From assembly GCF_004010195.1 (NCBI RefSeq), contig NC_057760.1, forward strand, positions 210,320 through 274,319: 64,000 nt of DNA, written 5' to 3'. Below, in pieces: positions 1-11,192 of the stretch. Each line of letters begins with the position of its first letter. Position 1 is the first letter of the stretch. The position numbers and the translations under genes are program-made. Origin of the DNA: Chiloscyllium plagiosum. Its lineage: Eukaryota. The notes under the pieces are model-generated. The model was not told the origin of the DNA, searched no databases, and worked only from the letters and a program-made list of their open reading frames with translations.

Positions 1-574
1 TTAATGTATCTTCTCAAACATTGTGCGCGCACATCCCCCCAACCTGAATTGCCCACCACTGTGTTCCCTGCTCACCCTTCACCTTCACCCCAGCCCACCA
101 ATATTAACTGGTGGTGAATCCTTGTGTACGCCTTTTATTTATCTGGTTGTGTTGCTGTTGGTTTGATTGGATAGTGCTTGTATGTGCTCTTATGTTTGTG
201 AACTATTTACCTTTGACCTTACCAAAGAAGTTGCTCTTCAAAATGTATAAATCTAAACGTGAGCTGAAATTTTATTTGTATGACGCTGTGCTGTCTTATT
301 TGTTTGCATTGGTGTTGTCATAAGTTTATTCACTGAACACATCTTGTTCTGATTTCAGACTATCTGCACTATTGCAATTTTGAAAAGAATTTGTTCTGAT
401 GACTTAGGACTCTGAGTGTTTGTGTTCGAATCTTGAGGATTTTGCATTTTCATGTTGCAATACTAAAAGGCAACAGGTGCCTAGAAAATTGAGTTGCCCT
501 TGCATTTTGGTACTGACCCTGTTGTCCTGTTTGTAATGTTAAGTTAACTTGCTTGAATCATCAGCCATTTGGAC

Positions 575-860
575 AGAAGATTAAATTGAGGCCCTGTTCG
601 TCATTAGTCAAATGTAAAGTATCCCCGGCCGCTAATGGAAGACGATAAAGGGTAGAGATCTCTTGGGTGTCCTGGGGCCAATATTTATCTCTTGACCAAC
701 ATCACCATATTTAAAACAACTATCTAGGGATAGTTCATCACATTGTTGTTTTGGGGAGTTTACTGTGTGCAAATTGACTGTGGTGTTTTCTGAAACCGTA
801 ACTGTCTGTCAAAAAGTATTGGTTATGGAAAGCTTTTAGAGACATGCCAATGATGAAAAG
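575..860 (+). mobile_element. DeuSINE-like (Deu domain) remnant
   Basis: GGTGTCCTGG..CCAATATTTAT...CCAACATCAC and GGGAG.TT.CTGTGTGCAAATTG resemble the recalled Deu-domain consensus; another copy on - at about 53560-53790. Confidence 0.55.
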
Positions 861-983
861 TTAGTTGGACTTGGGAATCTGTCTTGTGATACACCAGTCA
901 ATCTGAAAAGTGTGACAAAGCTCAGATTGCAATTATTGGCCTTTGTTCGTTGATGATTTGCACTCAATTGACTGCTCTGTCTA

Positions 984-1150
984 AAGTCAAAAAGTGTGGT
1001 GCTGGAAAAGCACAGCAGGTCAGGCAGCATCTAAGGGCGGGAGAGTCGACATTTCAGGCATAAGCCTGCTCCTTGGGTGCTTGCTGTGCTTTTCCAGCAC
1101 CACACTTTTCCTCAATCTGATCTCCAGCATGTGCAGTCCTCACTCTTCCA
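984..1150. mobile_element. Palindromic Penelope-pLTR-derived insert (degenerate)
   Basis: Inverted arms gtgtggtgctggaaaagcacagca / tgctgtgcttttccagcaccacac; near-TSD GCTCTGTYTA at 974-983 and 1151-1160. Confidence 0.65.
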
Positions 1151-1398
1151 GCTCTGTTTACAGACCTGAAACAAAAGTTACAAAGTCTTTTGTGGATTGA
1201 AACCAAATTGAATTAGAATTGGATAACTACTGGCAGGGGAAGAGGCAGTGAGTGGGGACTAGACTACTTCAATACTTATTTTTCAAAAATGAGCACAAGT
1301 GAAAAAGGTGAGTTGGTGGACTAGTAATGTCGGAGGCCCAAGCTGATGGATATAAACTCCATCATGACGAATTATATTTTATTCAAAATAATGTAGAA

Positions 1399-1670
1399 TA
1401 ACTCCACACAGACAGTCGCCTGAGGCTGGAATTGAACCTGGGACCCTAGTGCTAGGTTTGATTCCAGCCGCTGGCGACTGTGTGGAGTTTGCACATTCTC
1501 CATGTACCGACGTGGGTTTCCTCCGGGTGCTCCAATTTCCTCCCGCAGTCCAAAGATGTGCGGGTTAGGTGAATTGGCCATAGTGTTAGGTGCGTTAGTC
1601 AGAGGGAAATGGGTCAGTGTGGACTGGTTGAGCTGAAAGGCCTGTTCCCACACTGTAGGGAATCTAATCT
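1399..1670 (+). mobile_element. HE1-type SINE with inverted 5' fragment
   Basis: V-domain and tail on +; 1399-1452 is an inverted copy of the head. Confidence 0.75.
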
Positions 1671-1699
1671 TTTTTTAAAAAACCTAGCTAAATGGTTAC

Positions 1700-2075
1700 C
1701 ATTGTTGATGTTTATAAATCCACATCTAGTTCACTGTCATTTAGGGAAGGATACCTGTTCTGCTTACCTGGTCTGGCCCAGTGGGACAACCGCACCACCC
1801 TGTGGCCAACCACTTTAACCTCCCCCTCCCACTCTGCCAAAGGAAATGCAAGTCCTGCGCCGCTTCCACTGCTGAATCCAAACCACCTGACACCTGGAGG
1901 AAGAATGCCATATCTTCCACCTTGGGACCCTCCAACCACGCGGTATCAACGTCAATTTCACCAGTTTCCTCATTTTCCGCCCCCATGTCAGATCCAACCC
2001 TTCAACTCGGCACCTCCCTCTTGAACTGTCATACCTGTCCATCTTCCTTCTCACCTATCTGCTCCACTCTCCCCT
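1700..2075 (+). mobile_element. Penelope-like endonuclease C-terminal fragment
   Basis: HHPVANHFN...LEEEC.IFHLGTLQPRGINVNF-like sequence, homologous to 3980-4250. Confidence 0.7.
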
Positions 2076-3089
2076 TTGAGGTGGTGGACACTGTTCTTAA
2101 AATGTGAGCCAATGGGTTTGCGGATTCTGCCTTTGAAAAGAAAAATCTTGTCCCTGTTTATCTTAATTTCTACCTTTTCCATTTTGTCAAAGGTAAAAGA
2201 TAGGATATCAACATAGCACACTGTCTCCTGGTCAAGTAACTCTGAATTTAGGATTCTTATCCTTGCTTTAAAACCTTCTATAGCCTCACCCTTCCGTCTT
2301 TCAGCCCACAACCCTCTTGTTTAATTCCAGCCTCTTCTAAGTCCCCCCTAGATTCCATTCCTTCATGATTGGTGGCCATGCCTTCAGGGACTGGGAGGTT
2401 TTGTGATGTAGGAGGCACTAAAGAAATATCGGTTGTTGGCCGGGTGAAAATGAGAGACATGAGGTGTGATAAAAATAGAGCTACTTAGACTTTTTAATTT
2501 TCCCCACTTGCTTCTTTCAGAATTATGTGGGAGGCTTGTAGAAGGAGAGAAATGGGGTTATGGAAATAATTGAGCATGAAAGTACTTATTTCCACTAATC
2601 AGGAAATGAACTCGTGCTCGATATCCAAAACCCTAACTACACAAGTCGAGGACGTGAAGGCAGAGTTAGAAAGGCTCAATCAAGGTAGACATGAATGGAA
2701 TTTGGAATTTTGTCTCTTCCTTCCCCTAGCTTGATCAGCTCCTGTAATCACTGTCAGAGTTTTTTTTTGTAGTTTTTATTACATTTTCAGGTTAGATGCA
2801 GTGATGTTGGGGGAAGTCCATTTTAACTTTGGCTTTGCAGCCTTGGAGAGCAAGGACAGTAAGGGAAATGTATATATAATGTAAAGATTACATTGATTAC
2901 AGAAATAACAAGTTTAAAACACAGTTGAAACTGAACAGTTAAGACAATGGGGTGTAGGTTCAACTGGGAGTGTACTGCTGAGCTATGGATCTTAAAGCCA
3001 TAGGTTAGTTCAGCAAGCAGACTGAGGCTGTATACGACTCTGGTCAGACCACATTTGGAGTATAGTGCATAGTTTTGGGCCCCATATCT

Positions 3090-4489
3090 GAATCGAGAGT
3101 GTAGTGCTGGAAAAGCACAGCTGGTCAGGCAGCATCCGAGGAGCAGGTGAATTGGTATTTGGTATTTCGGGCATAAGCCCTTCATCAGGAATGAGGCTTG
3201 TGGATCAAGGAGGCTGCGAGATAAGCGGGGGGGGGGGGGTACGAGGAATGGGACAGATGAAGGTCAGGTGGAAGTGATAGGTCAGAGGGGACGGTGGAGT
3301 TGTTGGGTGGGAAGAAAGGAAAATGGTTAGGTCGGACCAGTCAAGGGGGTGGTATTGAGTTGGAGGCTTGGAACTGGGATAGTCCAGGTGTAGTCTGACT
3401 CCCACAGCTACCTGCTCTGCACCTCCTTCTGCCAAAATGTCATGTTTTATTCCCAATTCCTCCATAGAACATCCCACATGACCGCCTCCTTCAAAGACCG
3501 CAATTTCCCCCCTCACGTGAAAGTTGTTGCCCTCCACATCTCCTCCACTTCCCACTCGTCTGAACTTGAACCTCACCCTTCCAATTGCAACAGGGGCAGA
3601 ACCTCTCTGGTCCTCACATTCCAACTCACCAACCTCCAAATACATTGCATCATCTTCTGCCACTTGCAAACAGAGCCCATCACTAGGGATGTATTTACCC
3701 CCTCACCCCTTTTGGCATATCGCAGAGACCATTCTCTCTGCGACTCCCTGGTCAGATCCTCCACACCCCCCACCCACCGCAGGAAGTGCAAAACCTGTGC
3801 CCTCACCTCTGTCCAATGCCCCAAAGGATCTTTGCACGTCTGACAGAAATTTAGCTGTACTTACACCCACATTATCTATTGTGTCCGTTGCACCCAATGT
3901 GGTCGTCTCTACATCGGAGAGACAGGATGCTAACTTGCAGATCATTTTGGAGAACATCTCCGAGACACCTGCACCAACCAATCCCAGTGCCCTGAACATT
4001 TTAACTCCACCAAGGACATGCAGGTAGGTCATGGGCCTCCTCCATCACCAAACCTTTACCACTCGATGCCTGGAGGAAGAATGCCTCTGCCTTGGGACCC
4101 TGCAACCATATGGGATCAATGTGGATTCTCACCAGTTTCCTTATTTCCCCTCCCCCATATTATCCCAGTCCCAAGCCTCCAACTTGGCACCAGCCCCTTG
4201 ACTGGTCCTACCTGTCCATCTTCCTTCCTTCCCACCCACTGGCTCCAACCTATCACTTCCACCTGCACCTTCATCTACCTATCACATTCCCAGCTACCCC
4301 CTCCAGCTCTATCCCCACCCCAATTGCCATTTATCTCTCAGCCCCCTTGGCCCACTAGCCTCATTGCTGATGAAGGGCTTATGCCTGGAACGTTGATTCT
4401 CCAGCTCCTCAGATGCTGCCTGAACTGCTGTGCTTTTCCAGCACCACACTCTCACCCCTGATCTCCAGCATCTGCAGTCCTTGCTTTCT
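3090..4489 (+). mobile_element. Penelope-like element 3' part (GIY-YIG endonuclease remnant and pLTR) with an inverted pLTR copy at its 5' side
   Basis: IIYCVRCTQCGRLYIGETG at about 3870-3930; 3090-3385 is an inverted copy of about 4140-4460; 9-bp TSD CCCATATCT at 3081-89 and 4490-98 splits a CR1 RT fragment. Confidence 0.85.
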
Positions 4490-7400
4490 CCCATATCTCA
4501 GGAAGGATGTACTGGCTCTGGAGCGTGTTCAGAGGAGTTTGATGAGAATGGCCCCAGAAATAAAAGCTTAATCTGTAAGGGACGTTTGACGACACAGGAT
4601 TTATACTCAGTGGAGTTTAGAATGGGTGAGGGGGTATCTAAATGAAACATACAGAATACTGAATGGCCTGGATAGAGTAGATGTTGAGAAGATGTTTCTA
4701 GTGGTAGGAGAGACGAGGACCCAAGGCCACAGCCTCCGTGTAAAGGGAAGATGTTTTAGAATAAGAGATAAAGAGAAACCTCTTCAGCAATCTATGGGAT
4801 TCATTGCCACGGAAGGCTATGGAGGCCAGATCATTGAGTGTGTTTTAAGACTGCGATAGATAGGTTCTTGAGTATCAAAGAGACCAAGGGTTACAGGGAG
4901 AAAGGGGTTGAGAAACTTATCAGCCATGATTGAATGGCAGAGCAGACTTGATGGGCTGAATGGCCTAATCTGTGCTCCTATGTCATAGTCATAGAGATGT
5001 AGAGCATGGAAACAGACCCTTCGGTCCAACCTGTCCATGCCAACCAGATATCCCAACCCAATCTAGTCCCACCTGCCATCAGCCCATATCCCTCCAAACC
5101 CTTCCTATTCATATACCCATCCAAATGCCTCTTAAATGTTGCAATTGTACCAGCCTCCTCCACTTCCTCTGGCAGCTCATTCCATACACGTACCACCCTC
5201 TGTGAAAAAGTTGCCCTTTAGGTCTCTTTTATATCTTTCCCCTCTCACCCTAAACCTATGCCCTCTAGTTCTGAACTCCTCGGAGATTTTAATTAGAAAA
5301 AGCAAATTTGATTATTTCCCTCAACTTTCCTCAGATGAACAGCTATTGCTTTTACTTTGCCTATCACTGAAGGAAAAGGCTGAATAACTTCACTCAATTG
5401 ACTGATTTGCTGAGGTCCTGCATTAATTTTAATGTTTGGCCCTTGGGGTTACAGATTTTAGCGTCTGATTGGCTGAAAGTCAACCCTGAAAACTGAGTTT
5501 TCCAGAGCCAAAAATGTGAGCTTTGTAGTGAAATGTTCAGGGAACATTGCTGATTGAGTCATTCTGGCACTGACCCAGGAGCCTGCTCATGTCCCTTCTG
5601 ACAAGAACCTGATGCACTCTCTTGTTTCTAATGGGCCAGATGTGCTAAGTGGAGATGTGGGAACCTAAGTGTTTGATGAAGCACTTAAGATTCCATGAAA
5701 ATTGGAGGAATTACATGGAATCAGGCCATGTTGGATGACACAAATTATAAACCTTTGACTTGCTCATTGTATTTACCCAAAAGAAAAAGTTTACTAACTT
5801 AATGATGCTCCAGATTGCATGGCCAACACCTCTGTCTCAGGCCTCTGCAATGCTCCAGCAAAGCTCAGTGCAAGCTGGAAGAACAACACCTAATTTTCCT
5901 CTGGACTCGGTATCCAATTCAATAATTTTAGGCCTAAACTCTTCCCATGTCCTAAACTCCCTACCCCACACACCAGGCCTTTTATTACGCACTACCTATT
6001 GTAGGCTTCTAACAGTCTCCATTAACAGCTATTCACCCTCCCAGCGGATTGTTATCAAGTCGTTTGTCTGTCCAACTGTTCTATCTCTTTGGGCTCTATC
6101 CCTATGTATTGTTTACTCCTTAAACCCCCTCCCAAAAAAAACTTCTGCATATAAACTGACATTTTCCAAGCTACCATCAGTTCTGAGGCAGGGTCACTGG
6201 ACCCAACATGTTAACTTTGATTTCTCTTCACAGATGCTGCCAGACCTGATGAGCTTTTCCAGCAACTTCTGTTTCTGTTTCTGATTTACAGCATCTGCAG
6301 TTCTTAGTTTTTACTTGCATGTATGTTGTATTGGGAGGAGTTTGCTGAATGGGACATATCCTTGTGCTCCCACTCAAGTTGCACAGGAAATTAATTGACA
6401 TACATGAAGAGCAAATGAAAGCAAAGTACTGCAGAGGGTGGAGATATGAATCAGCAACAAAGTGCTGGAGAAACTCAGCAGGTCTGGAAGTACCTTAAAT
6501 ATTGCTAAAAGCAGACCAGAAGTTGAAAGCTTTTCATTTTGCACTCCTTAGAACTGGACACATGAAACTGAGTTAAGAAAGAGACACCATATACATAATG
6601 TGAAGAGGGTGCTGATTGAACTGTAATTGTAAGAGGTATAGCAAGGACAGCTAACTGTCAATCTTTACGATAAGACCAGGCAAACGCATTCTAATTAGTC
6701 AGGGCATTGCCATGGGGATGCAACAGAGTCTGACTGTCCCTCTCTCACCCCTTTTTTTTTGGAAAAGGTGCAACGTATGTACAAATTCCTTTTGCCTACA
6801 TAGGGTCTTGAATATTTACATATGTAGCTTCTAGCATGCTCAAATCCTGTGGTTCAGCTGATAATCTTAAATTGGTTTCTGATATAACTCTTGGCATAGC
6901 CCAGGTTATTTAGTGAATGATTTCCAATAGTAGAATCACATCTAATGGTGAATGTACTTCCCTGAGACTTGCAAGCATGAGCTGATTGAACACGAGTGGC
7001 CTGCTGCCAGCTGCAGATATTTGACAGGGTGCCTTTTTTATTCCAGCCACCAGTTGTGGGAGGGAGGTGGAACCACAGCACAGCTACACACACACAAGCT
7101 GCATTAGTCAAGTCAACAAAGACACTTGCTAGAGCATACTAATCTGAAAGCAGCAGACCTCAGAAGCTAAGTAGACTCACTTAGTACTTGTATTCCCAGA
7201 CAGATTTATCTTAGGTGCAGAAGGAAGGATCTTGTGGCTCGATGGTAGCATTGCAATATCTGCCCTAGAAAGTCTGGTTTCAAGTTCCAGTTCAGGATGT
7301 GATGTCCACTGAGATGTGCCATGGCATGTCTGTCCATGTTGATTGACTTTCCTTTTTTTCGAAAGAAAGGGTCCTCACTAACCTTTTTAAGATGGAAGAT

Positions 7401-7682
7401 TAAAAACATAGATGTTATTTGCTTTTTAGCTTATCAAACATATTTGCAACCAATCTGGGGTGTGCACAAATCCAAAAATTGTTAACAAGCGGCCTTGGTG
7501 GATATCAATCACTCCATGCCTTCAATTGCTTTGTCCCTAAGTTCTTGACAGTCACTTCCTTGACATCACCACCCCTCACTCCTCCTTTTAAGGTGCCTCT
7601 CAAAGTCTACTTTATTTCCACAAATATCTCGTTATGCAGCTACATTACAATTTGTTAACACATCTGTGAAATGCATTAATGT

Positions 7683-8240
7683 TTTAGGGTATAGGTTTGC
7701 TCACTGAGCTGTAGGTTTGATATCCAGACGTTTCATTACCTGACTAGGTAACATCATCAGTGGCGACCTCCAAGTGAAGCGAAGCTGTTGTCTCCTGCCT
7801 TCTATTTATATGTTTGTCCTGGATGGGGTTCCAGGGGTTTGTGGTGATATCATTTCCTGTTTGTTTTCTGAGGGTTTGATAGGTGGTATCTAGATCTATG
7901 TGTTTGTTTATGGCGTTGTGGTTGGAGTGCCAGGCCTCAAGGAATTCTCTGGCATGTCTTTGCTTAGCCTGTCCCAGGATAGATATTGTCCCAGTCGAAA
8001 TGGTGGGTTTTTTCCTCCCTGTGTAGGGCTACGAGGGAGAGAGGGTCGTGTCTTTTTGTGGCTAGCAGGTGTTCGTGTATTCTGGTGGCTAACTTTCTTC
8101 CTGTTTGTCCTACGTAGTGTTTCTGGCAGTCCTTGCATGGAATTTTGTCCATGGGTCTTTTTAAGTTTTAGTTTTTGTTTGAGGGTGTTGGTGGGTGTGT
8201 GCTACTACGATTCTGAGGGGTCTTAGTAGTCTGGCTGTCA
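7683..8240 (-). mobile_element. Penelope-like element 3' fragment, second family
   Basis: KIPCKDCQKHYVGQTGRKLATRIHEH GIY-YIG motif (ORF 7964..8152) followed by a hammerhead motif. Confidence 0.85.
7724..7763 (-). ncRNA. Minimal type I hammerhead ribozyme motif
   Basis: - strand reads CCA-CUGAUGA-U-GUUACCU-AGUC-AGGUAAU-GAAAC-GUC-UGG: intact core, stems I and II, palindromic ACGU in place of stem III. Confidence 0.75.
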
Positions 8241-9089
8241 TTTCTGAAACTTTTTTTTGTCTTTGAGAGTTAAGTGTTACAGGAATTCAAGTTTTCAGTA
8301 ACTGGATGGATGTAGTATGCTTTGTGAGGAAAGTGTGGTTCCTTGTCTTCAGAGCCCTGATACAGATCAGTTTCATTTTTGAAATATTTCTCTTCTCTTC
8401 TCTCAAATTTTTGAACTTGCTTTCCTTATCCATATTTTTGATTGTTATTTCTGGTTCTACCCTTTTGCATAGAAGTCATGCTGCAATATTTTTGCATTGG
8501 AAATGGTGCCTTAACCAGATGCCAAACATGTTGCTGCAAGGTTGAAAAATGGTAACACTTCTCCCCTGTGAAGAAGCACTATCTCTAGGATTTCAGTAAA
8601 GAGTAAAATTAGCACTCTTATAACTGCCCTACTGGTTATTTCTGTACCTGGAAATATGGGTGGTTTTACAGGCCTATGTTGTGATGATGAAACAAGAATG
8701 GAAAAGTATTGTTTATTTCCCCTTCAGTCTACGATAAATTTGTTTCGTGACATTATTGACCAATGTTCATAACTCAATCGGACTACAAGTTAAAAATGCA
8801 TCTCACTGTTGAACTGGTTGGGGATATTCAGGGCTGTGGAGGTGGGTACCATATCAGCCAGCATCACCTGAATAATGGAATAGTCTTGAGGGACTGAATG
8901 GCCTAATTTTTAAAAGTCCCTTGTTAGCCAGCAGATCCAGAAACATATGACTGGTCTGTGAGTTTGGGAGAAAATGAGGACTGCAGATGGGCACTCCCCT
9001 GCACCTTGGATGCTACCTGACCTGCTGTACTTTTTCAGTGCCACACTGGTCTGCTAGTTTGAGGCACCCTATAGCAGGTTCTAAATGAG

Positions 9090-9367
9090 TCAAGATTAGA
9101 CTGATGCTGAAAAAGCACAGCAGGTCAGGCAGCATCCGAGGAGCAGGAAAGAAAATCAGGAATGAGGCTGGGAACCTTGGGGTGGAGAGGGATGGTGGAG
9201 AGATTTTATCTCTGCATCCCTGAGGCTTCCAGCTTCATTCGTGATGAAGTGCTTTTGCCTGAAGTGTCAATTTTTCCTGCTCCTTGGATGCTGCCTGACC
9301 TGCTATGCTTTCCCAGCACCACTCTAATCTTGACTCTAATCTCCAGCATCTGCAGTACCTACTTCTG
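9090..9367. mobile_element. Palindromic Penelope-pLTR-derived insert (degenerate)
   Basis: Same family, inverted arms, decayed hammerhead core near 9240. Confidence 0.6.
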
Positions 9368-9599
9368 ATGACTAAACGTAATGACCCATGTGAGATTGGA
9401 AAAGCAATAATTCTGTGTTTGGTACAGATGAGCTTTTCTTTCTCATGTCTAATTTGAAATGCAGCCCTTGACTCGTGGTTGCCAAATACCTGAATCCTTT
9501 CTTTGCTCTGTGAAAGGCTGAGCACAATGTGGATTTGCTGACAGTAGTCCCTGTGTATTACCTCTGATCCCAAATGATGATGCATCGTTACATACTCAA

Positions 9600-9760
9600 T
9601 CCACATCTTGCCTCTTGGTAATATCATCTGAAGCTTCCACATGTATGCTGATGACACCCAACCTCCATTTCACCACAACGTTTCTCAACTTCTATACTGC
9701 TTGTGTTATCAGATCACTTGTTTTAACATTTGGTTTTGGAGATTTCTCTGGTTAAACAAT
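9600..9760 (+). mobile_element. L2-like RT remnant
   Basis: LPLGNII...FHMYADDTQ motif. Confidence 0.55.
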
Positions 9761-11192
9761 GGAAGAACAGAAAATCTGGATTATTGAATATATTTGAGGT
9801 TATTTATCAAAAGCCAACTTCATGATGCCCTTTGCATAGCACACCAAATTAATCCCAATCTATTGTAATCTGATTATAAAACATAGGAACAGAAGCAGAC
9901 CATTCAGCCCATCGAGTCTACTGTGCCACTCCAATGAGATCATGGCTAATCTGATAATCCTCACTCCACTCTCCTGTGTATGGTACCTTAAATACTATCT
10001 GATAATCCAAATATATTACAATTGCTGCCTTTCCCTTATTTCTCCTGCTTGTTGCCTCACTACCTCTAGTAAATTTGTCAGGCATGATTTCCCCTTCATG
10101 AAGCCATTCTGACTCTGCTTCATTTATATTATGCACTTTTTTTTTGTCTCCTTGCCTCCTTAAATCCTCTGGGACTTCTTCAGAATCTTAAGTATTCTAA
10201 AAAGATTTCGATTCAAAATGTTGACTTCTCTAGAATATTCTAGTGATCTTCATGAACCACTACTGTCATGGTATATTTTTAAAATTTATTTAGTGAAAGA
10301 AATCATGCTCTTTGAAAAATACAGTGGTTTATACTTTGCTTTGGTATTATGTAGGATAGTGGTTCATATCTCAGCCCTTTTACAATTGGCTGTCTGTTTT
10401 CTTTCTGTGAAGGGCCACCTCAAGTTTTAAGCCTTAAAGATGCTGTAGTTTGATATTGAATGTCCAGCTTGCACGTTATGGTGCAGCAAACACACAGTTG
10501 CACTTTTCTTTTTCAAATTTCCCCAGGAATGGTGATTCAGTTTCATGTTGGCTCCTTTCCATGTCACTCATATTTGGTTGAAAAGAAAAGGAAGTCCCTA
10601 TACTGAAAGGCTCCTATGTGCCATTGCTGAAGATTATGATTTTTGTCATATTGCCCAACTGCATTCGGAATTTCTGAAAAACAAGCCATGGGATTTGCAA
10701 ATAATGTTTCATGACTCCAATTTTCTCGTTGCATCACAATTACTCTTGGCATAAGTTCCAAAACCATCCTCACAGGAAGTTCTAAGGGCTGTTCCTGGTT
10801 CTAATTACATTTGCGCTATATTTTAGTTTGAAGGCAACTGACTTAAAACTTGTTCAATAGTCAGGCAGAGTTCTTCCACATCATCGCTCTGAAGGTTCAA
10901 ATTACATTTGGTGTCTAATTACATTTGGTGTCTAATCACATGCTAATTTTGTATGGCTGATCTGTTCCAACATTTTGCAATCTGAAGAACATTGCACCAC
11001 TCAAGCCTGTTTTGTCATTCTATGAGATGGTGATTGTGGTTGATCTTCTGTGTCAACTTCACTTTCTTGCATCACTCCTATATCTCCCGGCTCACTCAAT
11101 GAGCAAAAATCTATCTGTCTTGAATAAGGATTACCTGTGTGTCCTTATCCTTTTGAGTAAAGAAATTCCAGTTTACAATGCTGAGTGGCTGA

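Noticed and set aside
1..600. GABPB2 promoter or exon 1
   Set aside because: No CpG island or convincing first-exon donor; probably lies upstream of the window.
850..906. C/D-box snoRNA (ATGATGA...CTGA)
   Set aside because: No terminal stem and no recognisable guide sequence; lies at the end of a SINE remnant.
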